Assembly: GCF_001194135.2 (NCBI RefSeq)
Contig: NC_068996.1
Location: forward strand, 51,741,415-51,805,414
Reading direction: 5' to 3'
Length of the DNA stretch: 64,000 bases
Source of the DNA: Octopus bimaculoides
Taxonomy: Eukaryota
In this document: piece after piece, positions 1 through 13,232 of the stretch
Position numbering within the stretch: position 1 is the stretch's first letter
How the letters are laid out: each line of letters begins with the position of its first letter
The notes under the pieces: generated by a model
Seen by the model: the letters and a program-made list of their open reading frames with translations, nothing else
What the model was told of the DNA's origin: nothing
Database searches by the model: none
Program-made: the position numbers and the translations under genes

Positions 1-398
1 ATACTGCAAGAATATATGAAAACTTGAGCTATCATTACAATAATAAGAAAGATATATGAAAAATGTAGCAATTTTTTTGAAAAGGTTTTATATTTAACCT
101 GCATACTCATTAGAGTTTTGAGGTTAAATTTACTCATTATCTAAAAGTTATATGATGGAAGATAACATAAATTTGTTCAAGTTGTAATTTTAAATAATCA
201 ATTTTTAAAAAATGAAGTGATAATTTTTCAAATTATAATTCATTTCTACATTAAATGAAAATACTATTCAGTTATGATTTGATAAAATTTATACACACAT
301 GCATATTAGATGTGCATATATATTTATATACACGTCTATTATAAAATGTGTACATAAATTTATACACAGATGTCTGTATTATTAACATTTGAAATGAA

Positions 399-404
399 TT
401 TATT
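399..404 (-). promoter_or_regulatory. possible polyadenylation signal for the SLC6 mRNA
   Basis: AATAAA on the minus strand about 280 nt past the stop codon; weak evidence because the hexamer is common in AT-rich DNA. Confidence 0.2.
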
Positions 405-682
405 TCTAATTACTTTTTTAATAAATTTATAAAAATAATCTTTAAAAATTATTCTGAATAATGTTAATGTTTAATATCTACTTTTGATATCCCAATGAAT
501 AAGAAGACATAGTTTCATGACACTAAAATGGTGTACAATCTTTCATAGCCGTTTATCTGCAGTGCTAGAACTAGAAAGATTAAACCTATTGCTAGTTAAG
601 TTGAAGTTAAGCTAAAGTTTATGCAGAGTTTGTCCAACAATTTTTGGAATTATCTAGAATTTTTTTAGAACATTTAATTCTA

Positions 683-901
683 TTAAATATTTGTATCTTT
701 AGTATCAGAATTGGGTACAATTTCAAGATTGGCTTCTGCTGATTTTTCAATTAAATGATTTTGAACAGTAGCGGATTCTTCTGCAGCAATTTCTGGTTCA
801 CAGTCATAATCACACCGAGTGATTAGCGTCACTTTCGTAAGATCCTCATTGGGCCGCAGTTGGTATGACTTGAGCATTGGACGTAGCAAGTATTCAATTC
901 T
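683..901 (-). CDS. SLC6 terminal coding exon 13 (cytoplasmic C-tail)
   Basis: TTTGCAG|AGA; RIEYLLRP...DTKDTNI-stop (TAA 685-683); phase 0 matches exon 12; LLRP motif typical of SLC6 tails. Confidence 0.85.
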   Translation of the reverse strand, partial: RIEYLLRPMLKSYQLRPNEDLTKVTLITRCDYDCEPEIAAEESATVQNHLIEKSAEANLEIVPNSDTKDTNI

Positions 902-3900
902 CTGCAAATGTTAAAAGAATTAAAATAATTATAAGATGTGTTTTTTTTAAATTTTTTATTAAGCATTGTTTGTAATTATATTTTCTTAAATATAAACTAT
1001 TTGTCAGTTACTGAACTTTGTTTTATTTTTAAGATTTCATAAAAAAAAACAACCTTATAACAAGAAAACTTATATAATAAATTAGATATGATTTTCTTTA
1101 TTAAATTATTAGACATTGCATTCAAATAGATGAATCAAAAATTAATATTGTGCAATATGATAACATAAGTATATGTATGTAACATATACATACTTACACA
1201 CACACGTGATGGTGAATAAATAATACCTAATAAATAAATAATATATAAATATATATACACACACACACATACATACACTTGTATATATATGCACACACAA
1301 TGATTTGCATCATCATCATCATCATTTAATGTCCATTGTCCATGCTGGCATGGATTGGATAGTTTGACCAGAGCTGGTAAGCTGAGGGGCTGCACCAGGC
1401 TCCAATCTGATCTGGCAGAGTTTCTACAGCTGGATGCCCTTCTTAATGCCAACCATTCGAAGAGTGTAATGGGTGCCATTTGCACAACACTAGTATCTGC
1501 CACTACTGTGATTTCACTTGGCTTGATGGGTCTTCTCAAGCATGACACAATGCCAAAGGTCTCAGTCATTTGTCATTGCCTCCATGAAGCCCATTGCTCG
1601 AAAGGTGTGTTTCATGTGCCACAGGCACAGTTGCTAGTTCCGCGACACCAGCATTGGCCATATTACCTCCATGAGGCCCAATGCTCTAAAGATACTTTTT
1701 ATGTGCCACTGGTACAGGTGCCAATTACACAACGCCAATAACTGCCACAACTATGATTTTACTTTGCTTGATAGGTTTTTGCAAGCATGGCATATCGGCA
1801 AATGTCTCAGTTGATAGTAATTAACTCTATGAGGCCCAGCGTTTGAAGACCATGCTTCACCATCTCATTCCATGTCTTCCTAGGTATCCCTCTTCCACTG
1901 GTATTCTTAATGTGTTCCGGCAGATTTGAACACATATTCTAATTGCTGTTGCTTATGTCACAGGAGAACATTTCTTTTACAAAGCATATTCATATTTAAA
2001 TCTGCTAGAACACATTAAGAATATGCAAATTGGAAAAAAATAAAGGTGAATTTTGATTTTGTCGTGCAAATTCTGTCCCTACATGAAAATTTGTGCTTAT
2101 TATTAATTAACATACAATGTAATAAAATATAACTAATTTTGTAAAATAAATCTGATGTACATTATCTAAAATCAGTTTCTACTTCTGGTGGTATTCAATC
2201 ATTTCAAATTTTTCTGTTTGCAGTGTATATAGGAGGAGACACTTGTACAGTACTGCACATTGAGCACAAATTTCCTGATATAGTCTTCAGTCAACCAAAG
2301 TCTTGTGAGTGGATTTGGTAGAGACTGAAGGAAGGCCTTTGTTGCATAAAAACAATGTCAGTGCAAAAACAGTATTTTACCTGGAAATAAGGGAGGGTTG
2401 ATCATAGTAGCTACTACTAATTTCACTATCCCTTTCAAACATACATATGTATAAACGAGTCTAATGGAAGTGATGACACGTGATCGAGACCTTTGGTGAT
2501 TTGCTGTGCTTGAGAAGACATGTCAAGCTGACTATAGCCACTGCTGGTGGTTTGTAAATTACACCCATGCCAGCAACATGTAAAAAGCACCCACTACACT
2601 CTTGGTTGACATTAGGAAAGGCATCCAACCATAAAAATCAAGCGAAATCCGATTGAAGCTTGGCACAACAGACTTAGCGGTCCTAGTCAAACTGTCAAAT
2701 CCATGGAAATGGATGCTAAATGATGATGGTGATGATGATGATGATGACACACCTACTAAAAAGAAATGGTAAGTTGCTAATAACTTACTGTTTTGAGTGA
2801 TCCCTTTGTTTTGTAGATGTTAATAAACATTACTAGAGGAATAAATATAATTGAAGAGCATGCCATTGTCCAGCCAATAGATACCGCCCAGTGAGGGTAA
2901 TGATATTCGATCACTTTCCTCTTGTACGTTAGTTCAGAATAGCTGATAGTACTCAGGACGAAGACGATCTAAAACAAACAAAAATAGTATTTAATAATAA
3001 TTCAAAATGCTAGAGATATCTTTTAAGTCTTTTGCTCTGAATTCCAGGAATTTGTGAAAGTTTTGGTATTACAAATAAAAACAATAAGTTAAAAGAAAAC
3101 AAGTAAAATTAAGAGAAAGCCTGTTAAAATACACCAACTGATGTACTAAGTCTGATCAGAGCTGCCTCAGAAACATTGCAGTCCCAGGGGCAAATCAATG
3201 CACAGGGCCCTGTAGTACTTATTGACATCAAGCCACAACAACACAAATTAAATGAAGTTTTCACTTTATAAAAATACATCAGAATCAGGCCCCTAGGCAA
3301 CTGCCCAATGTGCCCACATCTTGAGACAGTAGTGGGTTTGATCCTTCATTGATAAAACAACAGTTCACTGGATCTATCTCTGTTCAAGTGTTATTTTTAA
3401 ACACACAGTTATCAGTTCAAGCTGACAATTTAATCATAATTTGTCCAAGGAAACCTAAATGAAGGCATCGGGCACTGTTCCTATTCCTCAGAATAATTAA
3501 TAAAAAAGGAATATGAAAGAAAATAAACCACTAGTTATATAAATGTCTATTAATCATTAGATACATAGTGAAGTTGCACAAGTACGGAAGTGAACCTGTG
3601 TTTTAGCAGATCAATACAAATTAAAGTTTTCACTTTATAAAAGTACATTAATTCAATAATTTAAAATGTACTCTATAGAGTTACTGCATAATGGTTGAAT
3701 AATTTTGTAAACATTGCATCACTGTTTTCTTGATTTCATTTTTCTTTATAGTTGGTGATTGCATCAACAACTTCAACATGAAATAGCAGAGAAAGGGGGG
3801 GAAAAAAGCAAAATTGACAATACCTGACAACTGGTTCCAAGTATGTGCTACAGACATAAGCCAAATATCAATACTAGTCTACTTGCTAATCACTCACTTG

Positions 3901-6305
3901 GACATATAATCTATGTTGGGATATCACAAATGTTCTCATGTTCTATAGTTGCTAACACTACAAATTGTATCAGTTATGGCACAAATATATGGTTTTTAGA
4001 TGCTGACATTTTCCTTGGCTTTCTTTTGTGAGTTGCAAAGATAACTCATCACAGTGGAGTTATTAATTTAATAGCCAGTTAATACACCTTACTACATGGT
4101 GCTTAATACCTGAATTTGCTTATCTAATTTCTTTAGAAATTTACTTCTTCAATAAAGAGACTGAAAAATAAAAAGCAAGGTTTGAATATAATCTATTTAC
4201 TTTGTCAGAGAAAAAGAGTAAACAAATAATTTTCTTTCTGGGACAATATGTCACTAGTACCCTAAATTCACTTATAATCTCAATGAAACATAATCAGAGC
4301 AAACCATTCTTTACTTTATGCATTACATTTTTGTTTTTGTGCTGAAATTTATTAGTTATAAACAGGGATTGAAATTTGGACTTACAATAATACTTTCCAC
4401 TCCCAAAATCAAAGACCTTTAAATGACAGTTAATAATGTAAAGACATCCATTCAGGTTTGATGGTTTGTCCAGACCAATGTAGCCTTTCCACAATAGATG
4501 TGCCAACTAAGCAATAAAGTATGAATGTCTGGTTTGGGTTTAAGCCACATTGGTCTTTTCCTAGCTGAAATATATCATCTGTACATGCCAAAGCTACAAG
4601 TGGTAGTTGTTGTTGTTGTTGTTGGCATTCCGTCTCTTACCACGTTGAGGGTTCCAGTTGATCCACTTGTGCAACTTCACTATGTATCCGGTTGATCCGA
4701 TCAACGGAACAGCCTGCTCGTGAAATTAACGTGCAACTGGCTGAGCACTCCACAGACACGTGTACCCTTAACGTAGTTCTCGGGGATATTCAGCGTGACA
4801 CACAGTGTGAGACAAGGCTGACCCTTTGAATTACAGGTACAACAGAAACAGGAAGTAAGAGTGAGAGAAAGTTGTGGTGGAAGAGTACAGCAGGGTTCGC
4901 CACCATCCCCTGCCGGAGCCTTGTGGAGCTTTAGGTGTTTTCGCTCAATAAACACTCACAACGCCCGGTCTGAGAATCGAAACCGTGATCCTATTACCGT
5001 GAGTCCGCTGCCCTAACCGCTGGGCCATTGCGCCTCTACACAAATGGTAGTAGTAACTCGCTAAATATATAGATATATCTATTAAACACACATATAAACA
5101 AGTATGTATTTAATTACAGGTGAGAACATTTTATGAAGTATGTGAAAACCTGAAAAGACCGTGAGGAAAAACGAAAAAAATGTTAATCTATTTTTTGTGG
5201 CAAAAGTGGAGGAAGAAAAAAAAAAAATACCCTTTTTACTTTTAGTTATTATTAGCTGCTATTTACAGGTCCTTGTTTTTGAGGACAGATACAATGTAAA
5301 TCAGAATTTCAATCCATATGCCCGATTTATAAATTTCAACATAATGCAAAAAGAAACACATAGTTTAAAGAATAAACGCACACACACACATGTGGTTAAA
5401 GACATCATAAAGACTGTTAAAATCATTCTATAGCTTAATGAAATGTAATTGACTTCCAAATTTAAAAATTAGCATAAGTGTTTCTTTTGAAAAATGAAAA
5501 TTATTTCAATAGCCTCGTAAGACAGCTCGTTTAAGTTGCATCATTATAAAAACTTAAAATACATTCTTAAAAGACCATTCAAGGAAATGTTAAACATGTG
5601 AATAATCTTAAATGAAAACATATTTAATACGTATGAAAATATTAAACTTGAAATACTGCAAAATAAATATTTACCAGTGTAAATGCTGGTGTCAGGTACA
5701 TCCAACAATACTTCATCCATTTACTCAACTTGAATCCATACATCATTTCAAGATTGTCATAGAACCGGTCTACCCCTGAAAGATTTAAATATAAATGCTA
5801 TTTATCATAGTAATGATGCCATTTCAAAAGATTTTGGGACAATTGTCAACAATTTTTGAAATGAGCTCTCAAATGGACCATGTAAAGCTAGTGTGTTTAA
5901 AATTGGGTGAGAAGTAAGTATAACAATAAGTATACAAGTGGAATTCTTTCATGTTCACTCTCATTGAAGTTATAAATAGGAAAAAAATAATGGTGAATTT
6001 TGATTTTGTCATGCAAATTTTGTCTCTAGATGAAAATTTATGCTTGTTATTTATTAACATACAAATATAATAAAATATAAATAATTTTGTAAAGATTATC
6101 CAAAACTAGTTTTTACTACTAAGATTTACAAAGGATAATTTCCACAGATTGGAACTTAGGACATTTCATACCATTCTTTTATATAAAATCATTGGCAATG
6201 AGTTCTACACACCAACACTCTTTCTTCAGTTTGTTTTAGTTGTGATGGTTAAAGCAACAAAGCAATCTCTATATGTTTGTGCAAGTGTGTATAGTATAAA
6301 TGTAT

Positions 6306-6349
<44 letters not shown>

Positions 6350-6972
6350 ATACATAAAATAATATATAAGGATAATATATATTATTTTCTTTAACAAGCG
6401 TAACAGTTGACTAGACAGTTACTTAACTTTTGCTTTCATGGTGTGATGAGACACAAATTTTAAGTCTGAAACAGGTGTCTTTCCAATAAGATGAAATGGA
6501 CCTAGATTAGAGAACCAACAATTTTATGGTACTGCCTATAGCTTACCTCAGTGAATTATAGTACTTTGCAACAATGAATTATATATATATTTGCAGGTAA
6601 ATGGTCTGAATTAATGTGATTAAAATGTGTTAATTGTAAATAGACACATCACAAAAGTGAAGACAATCTTTCAACTGCCTAACTCTCATAGCTGTGTGCC
6701 TAGTATACATTATACACACAAATGTATTTATACATGTATAGATAAAACCTGAAGAGGAATGGGCTCTAGCAAACTGAGCTGTGCATCTACGAATAAATGG
6801 GTTATGGGAATCACCATGAGAAAGAGAGAGAAAGACAGTGAGTGTGCACATGTGTGTGTATGTGTGCATGTATGCATATGTCTGAAAAGACATATATATA
6901 CTTAGAGACATATACACATTCGCTCAAAAGCACTAATCCACACATATATATATATATATATATTGTGTATAT

Positions 6973-7007
<35 letters not shown>

Positions 7008-7106
7008 CATATTGTATATATATTGTATATACAATGTATATAGATATATATATATACACACATATATCATATATATATATGTATATAAATGTACATATAT
7101 ATCTAT

Positions 7107-7169
<63 letters not shown>

Positions 7170-9364
7170 TACACACACAATATATTTATTTATTTAAATG
7201 TAAGCTTTTATGTTCCAATTATTAGCTCATTTCAACCACACAAAATTTCAAACACTTACTAAACATTTTTTCTCAATTTAACAGCAAAAGGGTCTATTCA
7301 AGCAAAACAGTCTGAAGATCCAGTCCCAGGAGGGCTTTACCCAAAACTTCATATACCACCATTCACTTAGCATGCAGCTAATAAGCATTTACTATAAGAT
7401 GATATACATTTCACCAACAGTTTAAAACTTTCATAAACAATTGTCTGATAGTTAAATTAGAAATACATACTTTAGAAATGTCAAGTAGGCAGATACGCAC
7501 AGACCCACGCAAACATACATGCAAAACCATACACACAAAAAAGTAGGAAAAAAAAAAGAAAAAAACCTTATTAAATGTTTGAAAGAATAAAAAATATTGA
7601 ATAAATTTAAGGATAATAAGAATGTAAATAATGTATAACTTTATATGAATGTGGAATCAACAGTGTGAACCAACAGACATAAAAGTCTATTAACATAATT
7701 TTCCTTGCTCACAATATGCAGAATATGTATGTGCATGTGTGTATGAAATTGTCTACTTTATATATAACTACTTATAAAAAAACATGAACACATATATACA
7801 CATACACTTACACCCTGCAGTTATATGCATGGAAATATAAATGTATGCCTATACATGTACTTGCATATACATATACATACATATATACAAACATACATAT
7901 ATATATATATATATACATATATACATACACACACGCACACACACACATTTTATATATTATATAATGTGTATATACACACATATATATATATATATAATAT
8001 ATATATATATATAAATAATATGTATGTATATATACATATATGTGCACCAATAAGTTATGGAGTATTTCCTTTCTTTTTATTTATACACATATACATTGAC
8101 ACAAGCATACACACACACACATCCATAAATAATTAAAGGTGAGAATATATTTTCTGAAAAATTTGCTGGAAGCAATTATAAGATAACCGTTACTACTTTT
8201 CTTTCGTATATTAAATATTGTAACTGATTAGTTATGAAATTGATTAAAACTTATGTATAGGTGGATGAGTGGATGTAGGCAGTTGTAGCTAATGGTATAG
8301 GAATAATACAAATAATAATAAATAAATAAAGACCATCTGAAACTGGACTTCAGGCTGTTTGTTTTCTCTCAAATATGTAGACATACCGTAGATATAAGCA
8401 ACCACGACGCATTCGAAGAAAGCCACAAGAAGAACTATCCGGCTGGCCGGGTAGTAGTCGAACAACTGAAAGACATACATACCGCCCTACGAAAGGACGG
8501 TGATACATTTAGAAGATTTTGCATATATGATTTCAGCCTGCTCCATACCAACCAGTATGGGGGCAGAAATGAATTAGTTAGTTTACCTGGCTGTGCAGTG
8601 GAGAGCACTTGAAAACAAGAAAATATTGCAGAGCTGGTGAATTGCTGACATCTCTTTGCTTAGAGTGAAAAAGTTTATATATATATACACATATATATAT
8701 ATATATAATAATACAATATATATATATATATATATATATATANNNNNNNNNNNNNNNNNNNNNNNNNNNNNNNNNNNNNNNNNNNNNNNNNNNNNNNNNN
8801 NNNNNNNNNNNNNNNNNNNNNNNNNNNNNNNNNNNNNNNNNNNNNNNNNNNNNNNNNNNNNNNNNNNNNNNNNNNNNNNNNNNNNNNNNNNNNNNNNNNN
8901 NNNNNNNNNNNNNNNNNNNNNNNNNNNNNNNNNNNNNNNNNNNNNNNNNNNNNNNNNNNNNNNNNNNNNNNNNNNNNNNNNNNNNNNNNNNNNNNNNNNN
9001 NNNNNNNNNNNNNNNNNNNNNNNNNNNNNNNNNNNNNNNNNNNNNNNNNNNNNNNNNNNNNNNNNNNNNNNNNNNNNNNNNNNNNNNNNNNNNNNNNNNN
9101 NNNNNNNNNNNNNNNNNNNNNNNNNNNNNNNNNNNNNNNNNNNNNNNNNNNNNNNNNNNNNNNNNNNNNNNNNNNNNNNNNNNNNNNNNNNNNNNNNNNN
9201 NNNNNNNNNNNNNNNNNNNNNNNNNNNNNNNNNNNNNNNNNNNNNNNNNNNNNNNNNNNNNNNNNNNNNNNNNNNNNNNNNNNNNNNNNNNNNNNNNNNN
9301 NNNNNNNNNNNNNNNNNNNNNNNNNNNNNNNNNNNNNNNNNNNNNNNNNNNNNNNNNNNNNNNN

Positions 9365-9411
<47 letters not shown>

Positions 9412-9622
9412 CATATGTATATATGTTTTATATATATATATATTTATTATATATGTATATATATGTTTTACGTGATATATATCATATGCGTGTATGTATA
9501 TATTTTTTTATATATAATACATACATATGTATTATATATCATATATGTATATATATATTACATGTATTAATATATATGTATGTATATACATTGTGTGCTT
9601 GTGTGCATGTGTGTTTATGTGT

Positions 9623-9669
<47 letters not shown>

Positions 9670-12600
9670 TATATATATTATATAAATTATGCACTTTATT
9701 ATATATATAAAAAAAAAAGAAAACAGGCATAAATGAATCAGTTTTATGTAAAAATAAATTAAAAGAGGTGGCAAGTGAAAGGAGAAATGATCTCTAGATT
9801 TGTGAAGTGAAAATAATTTATATGAATAATTTAATGAGAAACCTAATGCATGAATGGAAAAATAAAGCAGTTTTCATCACATACATACAGCCACACATGC
9901 AATCAGTCATTTACACTTTTTTTTTTGTTTTTAAATATTTGTTTGTAAGAAAGAAATGTTGAGCACGAATTCTGCTGAGCATCATCCAAATAGTTATGGC
10001 AAGTACAATAATGTATTACATATATGGTGAAAAATGTTGTTTTATTTGTAATCTGATCTTTCAACATTTTATCTGTATTGGACTGGGACTATGTATTAAA
10101 AGATTCTAAGGTAGACAAAGCAGTAATGACCAGGTGCAATCCCAATGTCATGCTGTACATTACCATAAGTCGTGTTGTAAGATTTTCTAATGGTCATTTA
10201 GTAAATGATGCTTATTTCTTCATTTATTTAATGTAGTCATTTACCATGGTTTTGAAGTTTTTGATGTTCACTCCAATCTTAATAGATGTAGAATTCTAAA
10301 TGCTTATGTAACAACATATTGTGCTAAAAGTTTATTGAAATACTTATATGTTCCGTTTATAAAAATAATGTTAAATAACAGAAATGTAATTAGAAAAAAA
10401 TCGTTAGTTAAAAATAAAGGATGTATGTGTATTACATACTGCTTCCCTGTGTGTGTGTGTGTGTGTGTGTGTGCATGTGAGTGTGTGCACATGTGTAGGT
10501 ATGTGCATGTGATGTAAACACACACATGCCTAAAATATCATAATTGCAAATATTTAGCTCTTACAAAATTATTAATTTTAATGGATTCAGTCATCAGAAC
10601 CAAATATTATGTTTTGCTAGAATTAGCAATGATAATTCAAACCTCTCTAACAATAAAACAGGCTTATTGTATTTTTTTGTAATAAAGTAGTAATCATAAA
10701 ATATGTAATGTTAGTAATAAGACTAGATTACATTAAATTCTATAATAAAATGATTAAGTACACCTAATTAGAATGTAATGCAAAAAATAATATATAATTC
10801 AAATCTTAATGTCATTAATGTTATTTGAAGCCAGATAGTTTAAAATAAAATATTTATCCAGATAAATTATGAAAAGGCCTATTAAATTTCTATTTAAGAA
10901 AACCCGAATGAAACATTTTAACATGTAAACCCAACACGTATAATGTAATATATAACCTAAACACATTACTTTTTATTCCTTTAAATGCTCTATTGCATAA
11001 CAATTGCAGTCATCATTCTACCAAACACTATTCCTATCTTAAAAAGAAAAGAAAAGAAAAAAAAAACAAACCCCAGAAAAGCTCCATTTACCCAATAATC
11101 AAAAGCAACACCAGTAAATATTATACTCGTCAACCCATTGAATACTGTAGCTATCCATTTTACCACACTAACATTATACAAGAACCAATGAAAAAGCTTT
11201 TATACAACCACAAATTTTGGTCATTTTAGCTGTCAAATTTCCTTACCATTTTTAAAAATATAAACCATATGATTTAAAAGCTAAATGTCAGGACAGCATA
11301 TACATAAAGATGGCATGACCACATTTAGAACATCAACTGAATAATTCTTCAATCAGCTACCTCCATGTCATAGGTATTTTCAAACAGAACTGACTTGGGC
11401 TACTCAACAACAGCAAACAGTAGTTCACACATAAACACTTTCTATACACATGGTTGGTTTAACAACATCTAACAATTCCATCCAAATGAAAAGATACATC
11501 CCTTTCAGTTTACTTCAGTCATCATCACCGATGTCAATTCGTTAACTTAATGTAATGTTGGCACCTTTTATTCAGTGTGACTATGATCTCAATCAGAAAA
11601 CATCAAATTTTGAAAGTATAGAGAAACAGCTAAATTACAACAACTATAAATACCAAAATTGATTGTAAATGTAAAAACATGCTTCAACTATTCGTTTTGG
11701 TTGTACCTTTTTTCCCTATTCATATGTTAATAAATTATTTGAGATTAAGAAAAGATTTTAAAGAAAAAACCTATTAAAAATAAATGAAGAAGATGCCTAA
11801 AAATACCACAGAATGTTGTAAGATCTTAATGCAAGTAGGAAGAAATCTGTTCTGTTCAATATAGAAGGTATTCTAAATTAAAATATTTAAAACATATTTA
11901 ATAAAACAATTAAATTCCTCTAAGACATCTAAACATTTAAATCCTTCATTTTATCTTTGACTTATGTTTTTACTGCTACAAGTTGAAATTTGTGTATGAA
12001 CATTTTAAGAAAAAAGTTCATTCTAACAGAATCTCTTTTATTTATGTTAGTAGTTATTTTCCAAAAAGCATCAAAGGAAACTTAGATTAGTCTACAATTC
12101 AAGGATTACAAAATTTTATATTAATTCTTCAAACTTAGTAGACAGATTGCATACCATACTTTTTTAAAAATTGACATCAGAAATTTGTACAATGGCAATG
12201 TTACACATCTTGAAATCTTTTATTCTAGTATAATAAATGAATGTAATGATTTCTGTGAAGATCTTGTACCTTGACAGTTAATAACCCCCAGCCCCCACCA
12301 AAAAACAATCTCAATGCCAAATCTGCTATCAACTGAAATTGAGTGGATTGTTTTAATACTATTGTGTTGTAAAAGTACATTCATGCACATGTACAACACA
12401 TGATCACTCATATATGGAGGATACGAGTTACTTCTTTATAATATATTTCTCATAAAATTTGTTTGAATAATGAATAAGAAATGTTTATTTAATGCAGGTA
12501 ATGTACAATCTGAAGTGTTGGATTAGTGGTGGAGAAAATCATTTGCAAGTTGGGATTTGAAAGGAATATAATTTTGGATAAGAATTGTACAGTGGGATTA

Positions 12601-13201
12601 GACAGTGTAGAGAGAAAAATTCTGAGTGGTAACAAAATTTTAATCTCAGCTTTGAGTTAAGATAAAAGCAGAAGAGCTGTTGGTGTAGAAATTAAAAAAC
12701 AGAGAGAGTAGAGTGCCAGAGGCTGTGAAATTCTGTTGAGTGAAAGTCTGAATATGAATGGATTTTCCTGTAATTGCATAAAGAAGAGAGTGTGAAGCTG
12801 ATACAATCGAATTATGAAGTTAGTAGAAAGAGTTGGTGGAGTCAATGATAAATAGTGATAGGATAAGTTTGGGTTTGTACCATTTCCAATAATTCTATCC
12901 TGAGCTATCTATCTATTTTATTCTTTGAAGCACTGACAACTTGCTTCTCATTGCCATAGTCATAGCTTGTCTTGAATTCTATTTTTTACATTTTCCAAAA
13001 ACTGGGATAGGAATGTTGTAGATCAGTCATGAAAGACTTTAAATATCTGAAATACACTTCACTGATTGCGTTCTATATCCAACTAATGTTCAAAGCATAA
13101 CAAGCATTACAAGTCAAATAACCACATTGAATTTCTTCATTATTAACAAACTGCAAAAAGTATGGCCTCCTCACCAACTGGGGAAGAAGGGTAATTACCA
13201 A

Positions 13202-13232
<31 letters not shown>

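Noticed and set aside
8578-8660. ...LHSQ|GT resembling the LDSQ|GT end of exon 8 (possible duplicated exon)
   Set aside because: Similarity is limited to about 10 nt (ACAGCCAGGT); kept only as a microexon candidate.
6149-10525. Many 60-300 aa ORFs rich in YI/HT/CV, including 8578-9414 and 8656-9570
   Set aside because: They are translations of (TA)n/(CA)n microsatellites and N gaps, which lack stop codons.
10990-11181. Hydrophobic ORF (...[14 protein letters not shown]...) superficially like a claudin/PMP22 N-terminus nested in intron 9
   Set aside because: No ATG start, no convincing splice sites or partner exons, and it runs into a poly-T tract; T/G-rich composition explains the hydrophobicity.
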